A stretch of 64,000 nucleotides of DNA from Rhina ancylostomus (lineage: Eukaryota), in assembly GCA_030265395.1 (NCBI GenBank), contig JARFYF010000001.1, positions 49,840,928-49,904,927 on the forward strand, given 5' to 3'. Under the pieces are notes generated by a model. That model made no database searches and was not told where the DNA came from. It was given only the letters and a program-made list of their open reading frames with translations. Positions within the stretch are counted from its first letter, which is position 1. Every line of letters starts with the position of its first letter. The position numbers and the translations under genes are program-made. Below are positions 59,825 through 64,000 of this stretch, one piece after another.

Positions 59825-60889
59825 TAGGCCTAATCAAGATTTCTGTGTTTAATAATGCATCCAAACCCCTCAGAACAAGTTACTGATGGGGCTTTTACAG
59901 ATAAATAACGACAAGCATCATTATGCTCATTGCTATTTTGATAGCAGTTTGACATCATCTGGGAAAGGTTATGCCAAGGTCAAAGATTGTAGCAGGAACT
60001 TGTCTGGAACCTTTCTTTGTCATACCAGAGTATGTCACTTGGGCACTAAATCATCTCATAAGCCTTTGATATGTTGGATTGATGGTTGGAAATATATCAT
60101 CTACTATATTGGTGATGGTCCAAAGTACAGGTTATACCTGAAATACACAACATATCGTCTTTGAGGCTCCCACTGAAGACTGTTTTTTCTAAAATTTGCC
60201 AATCCACAAACAACTGTGATCAATGAACTTTCTTCATTGTCAAGCAACCTGTTATCACTGCAGATCAGAACTGTAAAACAAGGCAGAAAACAAGGCTTAA
60301 GACTCAATATCCAGGGTGCTCATGCCTTACTCATCAGCTAAAGCCTACACTGTCTGCTTTAGCCATTCTAAGCATCAGCAACAGAGGTAACTGACTTTAT
60401 TGACTTGCAAAACTTTCTTTAAGAATGGAATGTATTGACTGTGCAGCCAAAACATATAATAATAATTGAGACACATGTGTCTGTCAAAAGGCTTTGTGCA
60501 AAATGTGGGCAATATCAACTCCCTACAAGGAGTTCATATGAATTTGACTCTTTGCATTGATCAATTTATATCTTAATTTTTTTTACTACATATGGAGGTC
60601 TTGTGGAATAATACTCAGAGATTCAAGGGCCACAGTGAAACCATGGTTGACGACTACTATTATCAAGTTCCAACTGGAAACATTGCTTCATTACAAGTAA
60701 GGACTTAGCAGTACCTTTTCAGAATTTTTGTCTTGGAAAAGTTCATTCATGATAGCCAATTGAGGAAGAGAAGTTACAGGTCTTCCATTAAAGGTGTGAA
60801 AGATTGTTATTATAGACTTCATGTTCCATATGATAAATGTTAAGAGGCCAATCTGAACACCATGAGCGGAACAGGCAGTGCAGGAAGGC

Positions 60890-61250
60890 AAAGGCGCTGT
60901 TGTCGTCACCTTTTAGGGAAATGGGCAAATGACTAGCTTGATCTTTTGAAGTTGTATAATGGACCATAATGTCTTGGAGCACAGTATGGGTCACCAATAG
61001 GCCAGAGTGGATGGAAGTGGCAGATTTATTTTCCAAAGGAACTTTAGTGTATATATCAGATGTTTATTTTAAACCAGTCCGGCAGTTTCATGGTCTCTGT
61101 TCCTATTATTGGTTTATTAATTCCAGATAATTTAGTTAAATGATCTTAAATTTCCCAGCTGATGTAGTCTGAATTGAACTCACCTCTCTGGATCAGTGGT
61201 CCTATACATGAAGGCCTCTGATGAACAGTCTGATAATTTAACCACTACGG
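60890..61250 (-). mobile_element. Ancient SINE of the 44500-44790 family
   Basis: ataggccagagtggatggaagtggcagattt...tttcatggtc...aaatttcccagctg...ttgaactc. Confidence 0.55.
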
Positions 61251-62079
61251 TACTGTGACCATGGATTGGAATTAGCCCCAAAGTTCATTTGGTCATTCCC
61301 AAAGAAACAGGCACAATGCCAGCTATTCTTTATGCAACTTAATTTCAGGAAGAGATTCTGGACAGATAAATTTAGAGGACCTAATTCTGTTCTAGGCATA
61401 GTTGCCAGGCAACTGTACTTCAAAATGGTTAGTGGTGCACTTCTGGCATGGAATGTCTGTGTGCCTGTCACCCATCACATTGGATGCTGTTATGCTCATT
61501 TTACGCATGAATAATTGTTGCCACACCAAGAAAATTCTAGGCCAGAATCTTCTGGTAAATTATCCAGCTCTTTGGCACCTTATGACTACCTTCTCTTGTA
61601 CTGGAGAACAGAGCAGTGGAGCTATTTATGGGCATTGGATATATTCCTTTCTGATAACAAGGCATCATGAAATTTGAGTGTAAATGGTGTTTTCATTCAC
61701 TTCAACCTAAATATTCAGCAGATAGCCTGCATTCACTCCTGACTGGCTTATCTGTGCATAAGGTACACACATAATAGTCTTGGAGGAAGTAGTTGTTCAG
61801 ACGGTGCCACTCCCTGCTAGTGTCCACCCCACGGTGTATACACTTCATACATGATAACTTTAGGCCATTTGGTCTCTAATAGTAAAAGCAGTTTACATTA
61901 TAGGATAAATTCACTCAGATTAATTTCATCCTTGAGCAGTTACCTTGTACTATCATAAATGTATCAGCTTGCCCGCTTCATATTTCTTATTATATATTTC
62001 ATCACTGGAGAGCATCTTTCAACTTAAATGACAACATGAAACTAATATCTGCCTTTCCTTTACATTACATTACAAAGCA

Positions 62080-62420
62080 TCTCAGTTTTAAAATTCTCCT
62101 CCCTATCTCTGTAATCTCCTCCGATCCTGTAATCTGCTGAGATATCAGTTTCTCCTAATTATGACCTCTTGATCATTCCCAAAATGATTGCTTAATCCTG
62201 TCTTTACTGCCAAAGCTCTAAGATTTGGAATTCTCAGTCTAAACCCTACTGTGTCTCTATCCCTGTTTCTTCCTAAAAATCTTCCTCTTTGATCAAGCTT
62301 TCAGTTGTCTGCCCTTTTATCTCCTTGTATGGTTTACAAGCAAATTTTCATTGACAGTAATTTTGTAAAGACTCACAAATTGTTGTGATGTAAAGGCCAC
62401 TCTGTTAAGTGGATGTCCTT
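62080..62420 (+). mobile_element. L2-type LINE 3' end
   Basis: ccctatctctgtaatctcctcc...tggaattctc..ctaaacc...ctctttgatcaagcttt; parallels 36970-37390. Confidence 0.6.
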
Positions 62421-64000
62421 CCTTACATTTTCCTGCTTTAATAAGTAAAATGTTTTGTTTAAACCCAATGCAACTATATTAATTTCCATAATTTCCTTAT
62501 ACAGTGGCTTTATATAGTGATCAGACTATTCCCTTTACTAACTCTGATCATGATCTTCAACAGTGATTTTGTTTTTCTTTTCCCTTTCCAAATTCTTCTG
62601 GTGGTAGATGGATTGCAATTACATTCTGCAATCATATAGCAGCTTTTAATTCTGCCTTTGTCTCCTCTCCTATTCCCACTGAACTGCTCCTCCTGAATCA
62701 ATGTCATCCTCTAATATTGCAAGGTCTCTGTTTATTTATTGAAGTTTATTTTACCCATCTGTAACACAAGGCCATCGTCTTTGACCCTTGCTTCCCTCAC
62801 ACCATGGCTGTGCTATAGATTTTCTTACCCTCTCAGCCACTTCACCAGTTTCTCCGCTGTTTAAGATGATGAAGAGGCTTATTACTGCAGCTCTGCTCTA
62901 ATTGGATGCTTCTAGTGCAGACTTGCTTGTAGCTAACATCAGAAATTGGTCTGGCAATATCAATTCACAAATCCTTCTGAGCTACACTTGAAAATGTGCA
63001 ACATGAAAAGAGAATGGTAGGGAAAAAATGTGGCTGTAAAAGCTGATGGATTCCAAAAATAGCCCCGGTGGACATCATAAACACAATTATTATTTCACAG
63101 AACGTTTTTGACTCTAATTATAACATGATGTTCTGACTGCACAATAACCAAGTTAATCCACAGGTCGAGNNNNNNNNNNCAATTATTATTTCACAACCTA
63201 ATGTCAGATCATATTGTTACAGGTAGTCAAACTTAATATCACTTTGATACTGTTCATTGAGGTGAACAAATATAACTGCTGTTCATTATACATCTTAAAT
63301 TGTAACATGATATGCAATAAAACCAAGAAAATGTAATCTTAAGTGTACTGAGAACTTAACAGTGCCCATTATCCATTGTAGCTTTTCTGTTATCACATCT
63401 GCTCTCTGTCTGGTTGCTTGAGAAGTGCCCAGCAAAAACAAATCACCTTGTAATATCCATCAAGTGAAAATTGAATTTAACCCATTAGAGAAGAAACACA
63501 TCCCCTGGGTTCTCCTCTCATCATTTTCCAAGGAAACCACAGCTAACATTAGATAAGGAAATTGTTCTCTGCATTTGTCGTCTGCATTTCCTTACCCTTA
63601 TGTCAGAAAGTGATAAATGCATTGCTTCCAACTGTTAGGCAGAAGGACCCTGAGAACTGGAAACACAAAATAACTAAGTAGAGATACTCCACTCTGTAGG
63701 TGGAAAGTCTCTTATTAACTCTAATGGGTTCCAATTGGTTGGAAGTTTGTTATGATTATCTTGAAGTTACAGGAAATTGCACTGCCATGCTATTTTGAGA
63801 GTGGTAGTGATAGTTATTGTACCTTTACCTAATTAGTTTTATCAATGACTGTATGTTTGTACATCACAGTTATATGTCTCAATAAGCAATGATAGATGAA
63901 ATAATACTTATCCTGACTGTGAAATAAACATACAAAGCTGTATTTCCAGATTCAGAATTGCCCATCCATTGCATTCAAATATTTATTTTAATCTATATTT

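Noticed and set aside
63084-63195. 16-bp direct repeat caattattatttcaca around ~80 bp, a possible TSD
   Set aside because: The second copy begins right at a 10-N gap, so it cannot be separated from an assembly artefact

Overview
Eukaryotic, AT-rich, repeat-dense DNA from a draft assembly with many N gaps. The repeat content (HE1/V-type tRNA SINEs, CR1, Rex1/Babar, L2 and Tx1 LINE fragments, Penelope-type termini) points to a cartilaginous fish, probably a ray or sawfish relative (inference). I found no host protein-coding exon, structural RNA gene, CRISPR array or prokaryotic feature, so the window looks like a gene desert or very large intron. The main feature is a decayed Ty3/Gypsy Tf1/sushi-group LTR retrotransposon on the minus strand (27181-31029, 5-bp TSD AGTTC). 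It has gag, protease and RT, and a self-priming PBS signature. No RNase H or integrase is visible. In their place is an antisense copy of the RT N-terminus, which makes a ~380-bp inverted repeat, plus a nested foreign LTR. Other notable items: about 12 short Penelope-like insertions with hammerhead-ribozyme remnants and fold-back structure, V-SINEs with two alternative LINE-derived tails, a three-level LINE>CR1>solo-LTR nest, an unexplained 146-bp hairpin, and several enhancer-like unique segments. All identities and coordinates were read by eye and are approximate.
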